Virus record (IMG/VR): IMGVR_UViG_3300044698_000419 | Coordinates: 38,153-102,152 of that record | Reading direction: 5' to 3' (one strand) | DNA length: 64,000 nucleotides | Source of the DNA: a virus | Shown: piece after piece, positions 43,973-54,233 of the stretch | Layout: each line of letters begins with the position of its first letter | How positions within the stretch are numbered: position 1 is the first letter of the stretch | Made by a program: the position numbers and the translations under genes | Notes under the pieces: model-generated | What the model was told of the DNA's origin: nothing | The model's database searches: none | The model's input: the letters and a program-made list of their open reading frames with translations, nothing else

Positions 43973-43984
43973 CGGCCTAGGCCG
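43973..43984. promoter_or_regulatory. Operator palindrome
   Basis: CGGCCTAGGCCG, just downstream of a minus-strand TATGAT. Confidence 0.7.
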
Positions 43985-45367
43985 TTGCCCGATCATAGAC
44001 CGACTGGAACGCCCGGGGATCCCGGGCGCTCCCGTCCGCCTACATCGTGACCCGTTCGTTACCGCCGGGGGAGCTTGGCCAGACCCTCGATGATCTCGCC
44101 GACATCCCCGTCGTACTCCTCCGCGACCATGACACGGCTCTCGTACTCCAGGACGCCCGAGGGGAATTCGCACTCCCAGCCGTCCCCGTCGACCGGGAAA
44201 CCGGTCACCATCGACGTGTCGACGCTGAACGTGTCGGACATCTTCGACGAGAGGGACACGCCCCACCCGTTCGACAGAACCAGGCGCATGATCGAACGCG
44301 GTTCGTCCCCCTTGTACGCAGGCTCCCGCTCCCACGGGCCGATGACGTCCACGCCGTACCGCAGGGACAGACGCGCGCCCGCGTTGGTCAGCTCCCGCGT
44401 CATGCGCTCCCGGTAGGTCATCCCGTCCGTCTCGACGTCGAACCGTGCCGACTCGACGCCGTACCCCTGGACGATGCACCAGCCGCGCGCGTACGTCGTG
44501 GCCTCCGCCGCACTCCCGGCCGGAATCTCCCGCCGCTTGACGACCGTCCCGTATTCCGGGTGGTTCGCCGTGATCCTGATTCCGTACGTCTTGATCATTT
44601 CCGCATCCCCTCTCCGTTGCTTTCTGAACGTCAGCCGTTGAGCTGACGACGTGCGACGTCGGCGATTTCCTCGGCCAGCTTCAGGGCCTCTTCCGCCGTG
44701 TACTGGACGCTTTCGCCCGACTTCCCGCCGCCCGTGGTCAGCACCGAAATGCCGCCCCCGTACGTGCAGACCATCGTGTTCCGACCGTCCCAGGTTTCCG
44801 CCATGGCTGGTCAGCCCTCCCTCTCCTCGTGTCCCCTGCCGTGACAGGTTGGCGTCAACGCCCGGGGCCCCCGGGCGCTCCCGTCAGCCGGTCACTCCCC
44901 GATCATGAACAGCGGCTGATTCCGCCGCTCGTACTGCCACGACGTGCAGTGCCGACGGATCCGGCCGTGATCGTCCGCCGATTCCTCGGCAACCTCCCAC
45001 GACACGGCGCGACGGGGGAGGAACCGGCCGGTCACCCGGTCCCGCGCTCCCGACTCGACGCAGACGAACACCCCGTGAACCGTGTTCACGCCGTTGCAGT
45101 ACCCACCCCGGTAGACCATCCCGCGCACCCGGGGCCCGATCCCGTCCGCCACGTAATCCAGCGGGATCCCGCGCTTCCGCGCGTCCTCCAAGGTGATCCA
45201 CTCCCGCCGGGGCCCGTTCCAGTACGACGGACCGCCCGCCTTGACCTCTCGCAGGTTCACCGCGTCGTGACGCATTCCCGTTTCCCCTCTCCGTTGTCCG
45301 TCCGCGATAAGCAGGCTGGACCGCGCGGGAGGGCACCCCCCGCGCGGTCCCGTCCGCCGGTCCCGGG

Positions 45368-45772
45368 TTACTTGACCTTGACTCCGAGTGCCTTGCAGTC
45401 CCACACACCGACCGTCCCGGCAACCGAAAGCATCAGCTTGTGGTTCCGGTAGTTGTCGTACGCGACGTCAAACAGCCCGTCGATGATCCCGGCGCGCGTG
45501 CGTCCGGTGCTGGTCGCGTCCTTGCAGAACGCGCGCCGGTCCGCCTTGCTCACCGCGCCCCCGTCGATGTAGCGGAACCACAGGTTCACGCCGTCCATGA
45601 TCGTCCCGGTCTTCAGGCACTTCGCGTCGTACGCCTTCTGACCACGGGAGCCGGTGTCACACACCGACTTGACCGCCTTACGCACGGGCGACGCTTCCGC
45701 GCTCCCGGTGATCCCGAACAGCAGAACCATCCCGGCGAGCACACCAGCGAACGCACCACGGATCTTGATCAT
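45368..45772 (-). CDS. Putative secreted protein
   Basis: Signal peptide KIR + hydrophobic + AEA cleavage motif; four Cys. Confidence 0.65.
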   Translation of the reverse strand: MIKIRGAFAGVLAGMVLLFGITGSAEASPVRKAVKSVCDTGSRGQKAYDAKCLKTGTIMDGVNLWFRYIDGGAVSKADRRAFCKDATSTGRTRAGIIDGLFDVAYDNYRNHKLMLSVAGTVGVWDCKALGVKVK

Positions 45773-46249
45773 GTTCGTCTCTTCTCTTCCCGTACTGCCA
45801 AGTAGTGCCGGGCGACACTCCCGGGCGAACGGACCGTTTCCGGCCCGCTCACCCTAGGGCGACTCCCCGACGTCAGAGCGCGGCGACTTGCGCGCGGTAC
45901 CCGTCGATCAGTTCCGGGTCGATCCGGTCCGTCTCGCATTCCAGCATCCCGCGCGCCACGTCCGCGAACGACAGACGCGAGAGGGAGGCGAGACGACGCG
46001 GGACCCCGGGCCGGTGCTCCCGACCCTCCGCGAGAACGGTCCACGTGTACACGCGCCCGTCGTCCATGAGCATCGCGCCCCGCGCGATGCACTGGTCACC
46101 CGGGCGCATCTTGAACTGAATGGACGTGCTCACGCTCCCGTCCACCCATTCGCCGCGCCCGTAGCTGTACTGATTCGCGCCGTACGGCGCTCCCTGGTCC
46201 CAGAACCGTTCTGTCACGTTCCCGTTCCTCTCTTCCCGAACTTCCCGAC

Positions 46250-46266
46250 TGACCTAGGCCACGTTA
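46250..46266 (-). promoter_or_regulatory. -10 TAACGT abutting the operator palindrome
   Basis: Minus strand TAACGTGGCCTAGGTCA. Confidence 0.65.
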
Positions 46267-46712
46267 CCGCAGACGAACGATGCCCGCGTAAATCCCGGTG
46301 TCCAGCAGGAAGCGCAGCCACTCGCCCACGTCCCGCGCGCTCCCGGTCGGAATCTGCGAACCGTCGCCCATGATCCACGCGTCGCCGTTGTCCCCGCCGA
46401 TCAGCAGGAAGTGAACCGGCCGCGCGTCGATGCGCGCGCCACCCACACGGATCACCGCGCCCGTGATCCGGTCCGGCGACACCTTGCGCGTGATCTTCGC
46501 CGTGGGCAGACCGCCGATGAACAGAACCGGGCCACTCCCGGAATTCATGCCCACGCCCTGATTGATCTTGACCGTTCCGTCAGTCGCCTTTTCCATGCAC
46601 ACGCTCATGATCGGTTCCTCTCGCTTTCCGTTTCTCGTCCTGCACTCCCGGACGATTCGGCCCGGACCCCGTAGCGATGCCACGGAGCCGGACCGGACCG
46701 CACGGCCGTGCG

Positions 46713-47333
46713 TCAGTTGTCCAGCGGGGAAACCGAACCGTCCTCCCACACGTGCAGCCCGTACGCGCGTGCCTCCCGGTTGACCTCAGCCAGCACCGCG
46801 TCACACGATGCCGGGCCGTTCCCGCACTCCGTGTACGCCGACCACGACCAGGAAGCGCCACGCGTCAACATGTCCGCGTCCCGCTTGTCCGCCACGGTGG
46901 CCGTAGGGATGTTCAGGGCCGGTGCGTCGGGGGACGTCCCGAGCACTCCCGCCATGAGGAACCCGAGCCAGACCAGCACGACGACCGACACGGCACCCGT
47001 GACCGCGTACACCACGCGCTCCGCCACGTTCAGGCGTGCGCTCCCGTCCGTCGGCCACACCGCCCACCGTGAGCGCTTCCCGGACGTCTCAGCCGTCCCC
47101 CACAGCTTGGCCGTGCCCGCGTCGCGGTCCTGCTGAGCAGCGGTACCGGCCGCGTCCCGGATGAGTTCGCCCGTGATGCCCCGGAACTCCCGCGCTTCGA
47201 TCCTGCCGAGCATGTACCGACCGGCCGCACGCTCGAACGCGTCCCGGAACGACTCCCGCATCTCTCCGCCGTTGACTCGCTCCACGAACGGTGCCAGGCG
47301 TGCGCGCTCCACCGAAACGATCTTGTTCTCCAT
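46713..47333 (-). CDS. Hypothetical single-pass membrane protein
   Basis: AVSVVVLVWLGFLMAGVL. Confidence 0.65.
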   Translation of the reverse strand: MENKIVSVERARLAPFVERVNGGEMRESFRDAFERAAGRYMLGRIEAREFRGITGELIRDAAGTAAQQDRDAGTAKLWGTAETSGKRSRWAVWPTDGSARLNVAERVVYAVTGAVSVVVLVWLGFLMAGVLGTSPDAPALNIPTATVADKRDADMLTRGASWSWSAYTECGNGPASCDAVLAEVNREARAYGLHVWEDGSVSPLDN

Positions 47334-47396
47334 GAGCTTTCTCCCTTTGCCTTTCCGAGAGGGGCCCGGACGTCCCGGGCCCCCTGCCGTACGTGG

Positions 47397-48974
47397 TTAC
47401 TTGTTGGTCTTGCGCTTCCCGGACGTCTCACCCTTGGCCGGTCGCGCGGCGTGCGTCACGTGGCCCGTGTGCGCGTTGACACCCTCCGCGAACGAACCGA
47501 CCGAAGCGGCCTTACGCCGCGCCCGACGCTCCGCAACCGGAATCGCCTTACCCTCCGCGATCTCGGCAGCGCGGGCAGTCTCCCGACGCTCCGCACGCTC
47601 CCGCAGCACCGCCCCCACCTTTGCCGAGTGGCGACGCCGCGCCGAACGCGTCATGCCCTTGTGCGCAATGTCGACCGTCTGACCCTTGCACTCGGGAAGC
47701 GGGCAGATCTTGCCCACGACTTCCGGGTCAATTCCGGGGCGGACCATGGCGGGAAGCGCGGTTGTTCCCGCCTTTCCGAGCCACCCCCCGGGCTGAACGG
47801 GAGCCATGTTCTGACTTCCCGTGTTCGCCGCGCCGTCAATGCTCCCGTGACCCCGGGACAGTGCCAGTCGCGCACCCTTGGCAACGGTCGCGCCGACGTC
47901 CGCACCACCCTTGAACTTCGCTTCCCCCGCCCGGTTGTCCGCACCCTTGCCGATTTCAGCCGCACGCCGCTTGTCAGCCGACGCAGGGTCACCCGGGACG
48001 CTCCCGTGTTCCACGGTCTCGACACTCTTGGAGGTGAGCCCCTTACTCGCGGGAGTCGCCACCCCTCCCACGTTGTGCGTCCCGATACGGTCCGCCGATT
48101 CCTCCCGCGCTTCCGGGACAGTGACGCCGTTGTGCCGACGCATCCCACCCTCACGAGAAACCGCGATCATCCGGGCGCACCCCGGGCAGGGTGCCGACGT
48201 CTTGCCGTTGTAGTCGTCTGCCACGCTCACCGTGTGATCGTCCCGCAGTACCTGAGTACCGGGGGCAGGGGCAGAGCCGACCGACGCGCAAGCGATCTTG
48301 GAAACCTTCGGCCCGGATTCCTCCCGCTCACCCTTGCCAGGCAGAAGGGGAATGTACGCGCTGCACCCCGGGCACTTCCCGTGCGTCTTTTCCGGATTGA
48401 TCACCGGGACGTCACCCTTGAACTCACACACCATGACCCGTGCATCCGTACCGGATTCCGTGGCCATGCCGAGAGAGACCGTACCGGGGGCAGGGAGCGC
48501 CGCAATTTCGGGGGAAGGCTTACCACCGTTCGCGTAGAACTCTGCCGTTTCAGCGTTCATCTGTGCGAGCGTCTTACCGGTCGACGCGATCACGTCCAAA
48601 CCGGGCAGGGTGTCAGGGGCAGAGTCCTCCCGCACTTCCGGGGCTGCAATGTCGCTACCCGGGTAGTCCGCACGTCCGCCCAAAACGGAGTCCTGCCCGC
48701 CCGTCGTGGCAAGCCACTTGACGCAACGCGTGCACAGCTTGTCACCCTGCGAGCGCTCCGAGAGACGCGCGCTTTCCAGTCCCTTGCCCCCGCACCCCTT
48801 TTCGTTCGTCTCGATTGCGAGCGGGTCACCCTGGAATCCCGCCGGAATGATCAGCACGTGACCGACTCCCGCGCTCCCGAGACCGAAAAACCGCGCTTCC
48901 CCATCGATGGAAACCGCTACGTACTGCGCTGCCTTAATCGCCATGATCTTCCCGCTTTCCGTTGTCCGTGGCAC
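47397..48974 (-). CDS. Large early protein with several Zn-binding motifs
   Basis: CTRC, CPGC (x2) with following H, CPLPEC; basic C-terminus. Confidence 0.7.
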   Translation of the reverse strand: MPRTTESGKIMAIKAAQYVAVSIDGEARFFGLGSAGVGHVLIIPAGFQGDPLAIETNEKGCGGKGLESARLSERSQGDKLCTRCVKWLATTGGQDSVLGGRADYPGSDIAAPEVREDSAPDTLPGLDVIASTGKTLAQMNAETAEFYANGGKPSPEIAALPAPGTVSLGMATESGTDARVMVCEFKGDVPVINPEKTHGKCPGCSAYIPLLPGKGEREESGPKVSKIACASVGSAPAPGTQVLRDDHTVSVADDYNGKTSAPCPGCARMIAVSREGGMRRHNGVTVPEAREESADRIGTHNVGGVATPASKGLTSKSVETVEHGSVPGDPASADKRRAAEIGKGADNRAGEAKFKGGADVGATVAKGARLALSRGHGSIDGAANTGSQNMAPVQPGGWLGKAGTTALPAMVRPGIDPEVVGKICPLPECKGQTVDIAHKGMTRSARRRHSAKVGAVLRERAERRETARAAEIAEGKAIPVAERRARRKAASVGSFAEGVNAHTGHVTHAARPAKGETSGKRKTNK

Positions 48975-49003
48975 ATCTCACCCGTGTGCCATCTGCCGAC
49001 AGT

Positions 49004-49186
49004 TCACGCCTTACGCGACGTGAACAGTACTCCCGCACTCCCGCCCGTTACGCTTTCCAGCCATTCGGCCGTTTCCGCGTACGAACCACGCCCCGGAATC
49101 CAGTTCCGTTCGCGTCCACGGCGGTATTCCACGCTCCCGTTTTCCAGGACCGTAACCGTTCCGCCATTGTCCAACTTGACTACCAT
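49004..49186 (-). CDS. First gene of the leftward array, hypothetical
   Basis: ATG 49186 after GGAAAGG. Confidence 0.55.
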   Translation of the reverse strand: MVVKLDNGGTVTVLENGSVEYRRGRERNWIPGRGSYAETAEWLESVTGGSAGVLFTSRKA

Positions 49187-49199
49187 TTTCCGGATTGCC

Positions 49200-50015
49200 T
49201 TTCCGTTCGTCCGTCCGTATGTGTTCGGGAATCGTGAACGATCCGTGTTCCGTCCCGTGCGTCGCATCCCGTAAAGGTGCGTCGACACGTGCGGAGCAAC
49301 CGCAACCGTTCAACCATCCCCACCACACAAGGTGGACACGAGAGCGCTACGCGCTCCCGTGTGATACCGGGGGGAAGTTCCGACACTTCCCGTATCCGGC
49401 CGAACCGTGCGACCACCGCCCCTAGGTACTCCCACCTAAGAAGGGTCGCGATAATCGAATGCCGTTCCCGCATTCGTGCGTTTGGTTCTCAGCAAGGGGC
49501 AATCTGATTTCGTCGCGCCCATACCACGGGCCACGGATTCATATTCACAGGAATTCGTCCCACACGTCAGTTACGTTCATCCGGATGTGCAATGCGTCTT
49601 AATCCGCATTTCACGTTCTCGTAACGAGAGGCAGGTACCGAACTCCCGGGCATCCGGGCGGTATGGGGGTGTCCGCTCATCTAGACGCAACTCCCCTGCC
49701 GAGTCACCTACGTTTTCCGGCCGTAGGTTGTGGACCATGGGTCCTGTAGGGGCGTGAGCCCCGCCGTTTGCTTGCGCTTTCCACGTACAGGGGTGCGCCC
49801 CTGGTTCATACGTGTCGCATTCAGTTTTCAAGGATCCGAAGTTGCGAGAATCGCTCGTTACGGCTGAGCGCTCCCGTTCCTCCCCACCACATCCCGTGTG
49901 TCCGGGACGCTTCCCCCCGCTAGCGTTGTCCGGTTGCCCGGTACGTCGGCGGATCGTGTGGCGCTTGTTGCGTTGCCCGCTGCGCTGCGTCCGTTAGGCG
50001 CTGCGTCGTGCTGAC
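49200..50015 (-). ncRNA. Putative long structured leader RNA
   Basis: No credible ORF; many consecutive hairpins; contains a boxA-like element. Confidence 0.45.
49818..49834 (-). promoter_or_regulatory. boxA-like antitermination element
   Basis: Minus strand TCCTTGAAAACTGAATG resembles the actinobacterial rrn leader boxA (TCCTTGAGAACTCAA). Confidence 0.55.
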
Positions 50016-50129
50016 AGCCAGAACATTGCCAGAGATGGCTGCCATTGCAAAAGCGGATGCGCAACGTCCCGAAGATCAGGAACACAAACATGCAGGTCAG
50101 AGCGTTTCGCTCCCGAGCATCAAAGCGGG

Positions 50130-50145
50130 TGTGACGCAGGTCACA
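50130..50145. promoter_or_regulatory. Crp/Fnr-family consensus site
   Basis: TGTGA-CGCAGG-TCACA, identical to 50376-50391. Confidence 0.6.
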
Positions 50146-50375
50146 ATGGGCTCTGACCTGCAAGAACAGTGGGTTTCAAGATTCTTTGGAAGTTTCTCAG
50201 CTCACCTGGTCTGACCTGCGGAAACGTGATGGACGAATCTAAAGATGCAGGTCAGAGCGCTACCGCACTACATGATCCAACACGGTGATACGGACATTCG
50301 GGTACATATCTACGAAAGGTTTGCTTGTGCGGGGGGTGCTGCAAACGCGGTATGTGTAGGCAACATGTACTCAGA

Positions 50376-50391
50376 TGTGACGCAGGTCACA
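50376..50391. promoter_or_regulatory. Crp/Fnr-family consensus site
   Basis: TGTGA-CGCAGG-TCACA. Confidence 0.6.
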
Positions 50392-50809
50392 CACCAAACT
50401 AGGACATTGGCTCCCATATTGCAGGGGCAGGGGGAGCGTTCCGCGAGAGAGAAAGGGGGCAGGGACGTGTCTTGTGTGTACCGATATGGGGCACTCGTCC
50501 TCTCGCGTGATCATGCTCTGACCTGTATGTATATACAGAGAGTTAGAAGATAGTGAGGGGCAACTACTCTTAGTTACTTATGAGATCTTGAGCGACTGGC
50601 TTTCTCTCGCCGGAAACCCTCCCCAGTGAGTAGAGAAACCGCAGGTCAGAGGCTTGTCCCATATGTCGGAATCACTGGATGATCAGTGCTCTGACCTGCG
50701 ATGTTTGCTCGATTCGGTACAGGGTGCGCGCGTCTCCCGTATCTCCGGATACTGGGGGAGTGTGAGTAGGTATGTCTGAATTGATAGGCAATGAGTAGGA
50801 AGGTAGGAA

Positions 50810-51130
50810 AGGTGAGGATTGGGTGGGGTGGGGATGCTGGCAGGGGAGGGCAGGGGCAGGGAGTGAGCGAACGGGGAGCGCGGGCAGGGGGCAGGGACAC
50901 CCATAGGCGTACGTGAGAGGGCAGGGGAGCGCGACGCGCGCACGTCGTGACGCACGGGGGCAGGCAGGCGCGTACGCGCGCGTACGTGGGAGCGCTCTTG
51001 ATCATGCGCATGTGATCTTGAGTGCTGACATGACAGGGACACGACATATCGAGAGGGCAGGGGAGCGCGCACACATGATCACTCGGGACACACGGGAGCA
51101 CGTGAGAGGGCAGGGGCAGGGGGCAGGGTG
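50810..51130 (+). repeat. G-tract repeats (GGGGCAGGGG) with alternating purine-pyrimidine runs
   Basis: Read directly; strong G/purine skew. Confidence 0.8.
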
Positions 51131-52043
51131 CGAGGAATTCCGGAGAGTGCACAACGGGTGATATCTCGGATATCCAGAATTGCTATATCCCGCATTCGCA
51201 TAATGCCTGGTCACCTATCCAATACACATGCATAAGAACACAGGGAATGGAAGCAAGCGGGAAGGCAAGCAAGCGAGGAAAAGGAAAGGTGCAGAACGGG
51301 AATGCGCATTGCCTATATGCCTATGCACGTACACACCATGCACACAATGCAAGCAAGGGAATGCAGAGAATGAGGGCAGGGTGAATGCAGAGAAAGGAAA
51401 GGCTAGGCAATGGCAGGCAATCACTCTGCACTAAGTCAAGGGTTATCCACTGTATGTACTAGCTCTATACATCACGTCAATGCACAGCTATGCACACGAT
51501 GAATGTGAATGGATATGAAAAGAAATGCGACGCAGTGCGAGGCAGCGAGCAAGCCAGAGAAAACCCGCGAGAAATTCGGCGGCGAATTCGAAAGGAAAGA
51601 TGTACTATGCAGAAAACCAATTCCCGAATTGAATTCTGAATTGGGTCCCAGGTTACGGTCATCCATCCATGAACGTCTTCTCCGCGTGGGCCGTCACGCC
51701 CGGATAAAAATTCTCGCCGGTTCTCTACGCGTGGGCTCACTCGTTCAGCTCGTACGTCCCCAGGAATTCGTCGAGGTCCATGTCTTCCACATCCGCCTTT
51801 TCAGCGGGCTGGAATCTGACAATGAGTCCATCCTCTTTCCACGGGGAGGGAATCACCTCGACGATCCAGAGCGTGTTTCCCAGTTTCCGGTGTTTCCAGT
51901 TCTCGCCCTCCTGCGGCATCACCAGTTGTACTCTCCGCAGAAACCGAGCATCAGAAGGAGCCGGTGCCAGGGTCCACGGATCCTCAGACACCTCGGGCAG
52001 ATGAGCATGTCGCCCACTGGGATCTTCCACTCGCGTGAGAGTT

Positions 52044-52361
52044 TCACCGGCACTCGTTCAGGGCGTAGGGGAGCATCGCGGCTCCTTCTTCCTGGTCGTA
52101 CCCGGCGGCTTCGAGGGCCTTCAGCATTTCCCGGTAGTCGACCTCGGAATCGGTCCCTCCGACCTCTCCTTCGCCCGGAAGGGGGCCCGAAGAGGCGTCG
52201 CAGACGGCCTTGCGCTCCTGATCGGTCATCCCCTTCCACCGTTCGGCCACCGAGGGGAGGTCCGCCTGCGAGGCGGAGACTGAAACCGAGGGCGCGGGCT
52301 TGTCCTCGCAGCCCGCCAGGGCCAGGAGTACTGCGGGCACCACGAGCAGGGTCTTCTTCAC
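52044..52361 (-). CDS. Lipoprotein
   Basis: KKTLLVVPAVLLALAGC lipobox; AAAGGAG RBS. Confidence 0.8.
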   Translation of the reverse strand: MKKTLLVVPAVLLALAGCEDKPAPSVSVSASQADLPSVAERWKGMTDQERKAVCDASSGPLPGEGEVGGTDSEVDYREMLKALEAAGYDQEEGAAMLPYALNECR

Positions 52362-52449
52362 GGCCGCTCCTTTGCCGAAAACCATCCGGGATACCAAGGA
52401 TCGTAAGTCCTGAACACGGAAAAATCTCGCCCCCGTTCCCCATGTGGGC

Positions 52450-52470
52450 CGAACGTGTGTTCGATGTCAA
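52450..52470 (-). promoter_or_regulatory. LexA (SOS) box directly after a TTGACA -35
   Basis: Minus strand TTGACA-TCGAACACACGTTCGG matches CGAAC-N4-GTTCG. Confidence 0.65.
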
Positions 52471-52602
52471 GTCCCCTTGAGATCGGGGGTGCCAAATTCA
52501 AGGTTCACGAAAGCGCCCGGATCCTCCGATGTGTGACGCGCGTAGAGAGGTGGTGATGCAGGGTTTGTTACACCCAGGAGGTAACAAAGTCTGCGTCCAC
52601 TG

Positions 52603-52896
52603 TCACTGGTGGTCCGAGGTTTCCAGGGGTGAGGGCCCGGCGCCCATGAAACCGAGGCCGCGCTCGTTCGTGTACATCACGTCGATGGGGCAGCCTTCGC
52701 GGCCCGGCAGGGCGAGGTGCGGGTCGTCCGCTTCGACGGCTCTCAGGCGCAGCTCTTCGTCACGCGTTTCCAGGAAGCCGCACCAGGTGTACAGCCCCGC
52801 GTCCTTCGCGGAGTCGAGGAAGACCGTCACACCGACGGTTTCCCCGTCCAGCGTCAGCACGGCAGGGCCCACGTAGAGGTCCACAATGCCGATCAT
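52603..52896 (-). CDS. DUF4873-like hypothetical protein
   Basis: YVGPAVL...W.GFLE; similar to neighbour. Confidence 0.5.
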   Translation of the reverse strand: MIGIVDLYVGPAVLTLDGETVGVTVFLDSAKDAGLYTWCGFLETRDEELRLRAVEADDPHLALPGREGCPIDVMYTNERGLGFMGAGPSPLETSDHQ

Positions 52897-52914
52897 GCAA
52901 CACCCGACAAGTTC

Positions 52915-53208
52915 CTACGAGGAGGTTGCCTTCTTCTTCATGTTGCCCTCGAAGGGGACGCGGCCCTTGCCGGTGACGCGCAGGACCGGAGATTCGGGGT
53001 GAACTCTGCGGGTGATGATCTCTCCTGGCGTCTCGCCGTCGGTCGTCACGTACCGGATGGTGGCTTCCTGGACGATTTCGGCCCCCGCCACGGACCGCAT
53101 TTCCAGGAAACCGCCCCAGTGGCCCCGGCATTCGACCAGGTATGCGTCCGCATTGAGCAGCGCGTCGCCTGCGACGACCATCGCGGGCCCCGTGTAGGCC
53201 GGGCTCAT
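52915..53208 (-). CDS. DUF4873-like hypothetical protein
   Basis: YTGPAMV...WGGFLE. Confidence 0.5.
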   Translation of the reverse strand: MSPAYTGPAMVVAGDALLNADAYLVECRGHWGGFLEMRSVAGAEIVQEATIRYVTTDGETPGEIITRRVHPESPVLRVTGKGRVPFEGNMKKKATSS

Positions 53209-53350
53209 TCGTTCCTCTTCACGTCGGCCAGGGTCTCCCGGATGAATTTCTGGCGCTCCGCCTTCCTGATGGCCTCCGCGCTCAACAGCGACGAGACGAC
53301 GCCCGAAGCGCTTCCCACCAGGAAGGCCAGGAACAGAAGGGCCAGGAGGC

Positions 53351-54136
53351 TCACACCTTCCTCCAGCCCGGGATCCAGGCGCCCGCCTCGTTGACCTCGT
53401 AGTCGCCGAAGAGCAGGGGCGCCTCCTCGCGCATGAGGTGTCCGATCCGGTCGAAGACGAGACGGATCTCCTCCTCGGCGCCTTCGGCGGTGCGGGTCTC
53501 GATGGTGTGCCGCAGAGTCCGGATGTTCGCGGACCACACCATTCCCGTCGCGACACCTTCCGGGGCGAAGCGCCGCATGAAACTCGTCTTGTGTTTCTTC
53601 TCGGCGAACGGCACCGAGTTGTCATCCAGGCCGAAGTGCCCGGCCATCCACATCTGGAAGTCCTCCATCTGTCCGATCAGGCGCAGGGCCTTCTCGTACA
53701 GCTCTTCGTCGCGGGTGGCCCACTCGGGGAACCAGACGGGGAGGTCGTCCAGCCTGACGAAGCGGAGGCTTTCCTGGGAGATGGCCGTGCCGACCCGGTG
53801 ACGGACGGCTTCGTGCGTGAAGACACGGCTCACGTTGTGCAGGGCGAAGGTGAACTGGGCGTGCTCCAGGACGCTGCCGTGCTGGGAGGCCAGGATGTTC
53901 GTCAGGTACCTCTCCTGATCGGTGCGGATCCTGGTGACGTTCGGGTTGAGACCCGGTTCCCAGCTTCGGTAGCAGAGCCTTCCCGCGAACTCGGCGAGGT
54001 TCTGGGAGTCGTCACCCTCGCGGTAGATCCTCTCCAGCCAGCTCTCGCCGCCGACTTCCTTCAGGTAGTCCTCGATCGCCTCGTAGTCGAGCTTCGGCGA
54101 GGCGATCAGGTGGACCTGGGGCTGAACGTTGCGCAC
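53351..54136 (-). CDS. thyX: FAD-dependent thymidylate synthase
   Basis: HGSVLEH, SRVFTHEAVRHR...SQESLRF, NIRTLRH, AEEEIR. Confidence 0.95.
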   Translation of the reverse strand: MRNVQPQVHLIASPKLDYEAIEDYLKEVGGESWLERIYREGDDSQNLAEFAGRLCYRSWEPGLNPNVTRIRTDQERYLTNILASQHGSVLEHAQFTFALHNVSRVFTHEAVRHRVGTAISQESLRFVRLDDLPVWFPEWATRDEELYEKALRLIGQMEDFQMWMAGHFGLDDNSVPFAEKKHKTSFMRRFAPEGVATGMVWSANIRTLRHTIETRTAEGAEEEIRLVFDRIGHLMREEAPLLFGDYEVNEAGAWIPGWRKV

Positions 54137-54233
54137 GCTCTTCTCCTCTTCGACCGGGCCACACTGCCCGGTTCTGTCCGATGACGGGAAACGAGTTCCA
54201 TCCTGCGATTCCCCGGGGTGTTTTACCAGATTA

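Larger units (their letters stand above)
2038..49186 (-). other. Long leftward array of about a hundred small, tightly packed phage early/accessory genes, mostly hypothetical
   Basis: Near-continuous minus-strand ORFs with overlapping stop/start codons and purine-rich RBS tracts; only 3901..4194 is clearly rightward. Confidence 0.85.
50092..50699. repeat. Cluster of nine (GCTC)TGACCTG(C) repeats in both orientations
   Basis: Copies at about 50092, 50136, 50150, 50211, 50247, 50382, 50515, 50641, 50688. Confidence 0.85.

Noticed and set aside
44293-44305. Second SOS box CGAACGCGGTTCG
   Set aside because: Spacer is 3 nt rather than 4 and it lies inside a coding region
47451-49274. 607-aa plus-strand ORF and many similar long antisense ORFs
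   Set aside because: Antisense shadows typical of high-GC DNA; no RBS or motifs
50646-51740. ORFs in the low-complexity region
   Set aside because: Translations reflect repeats and skew; treated as non-coding
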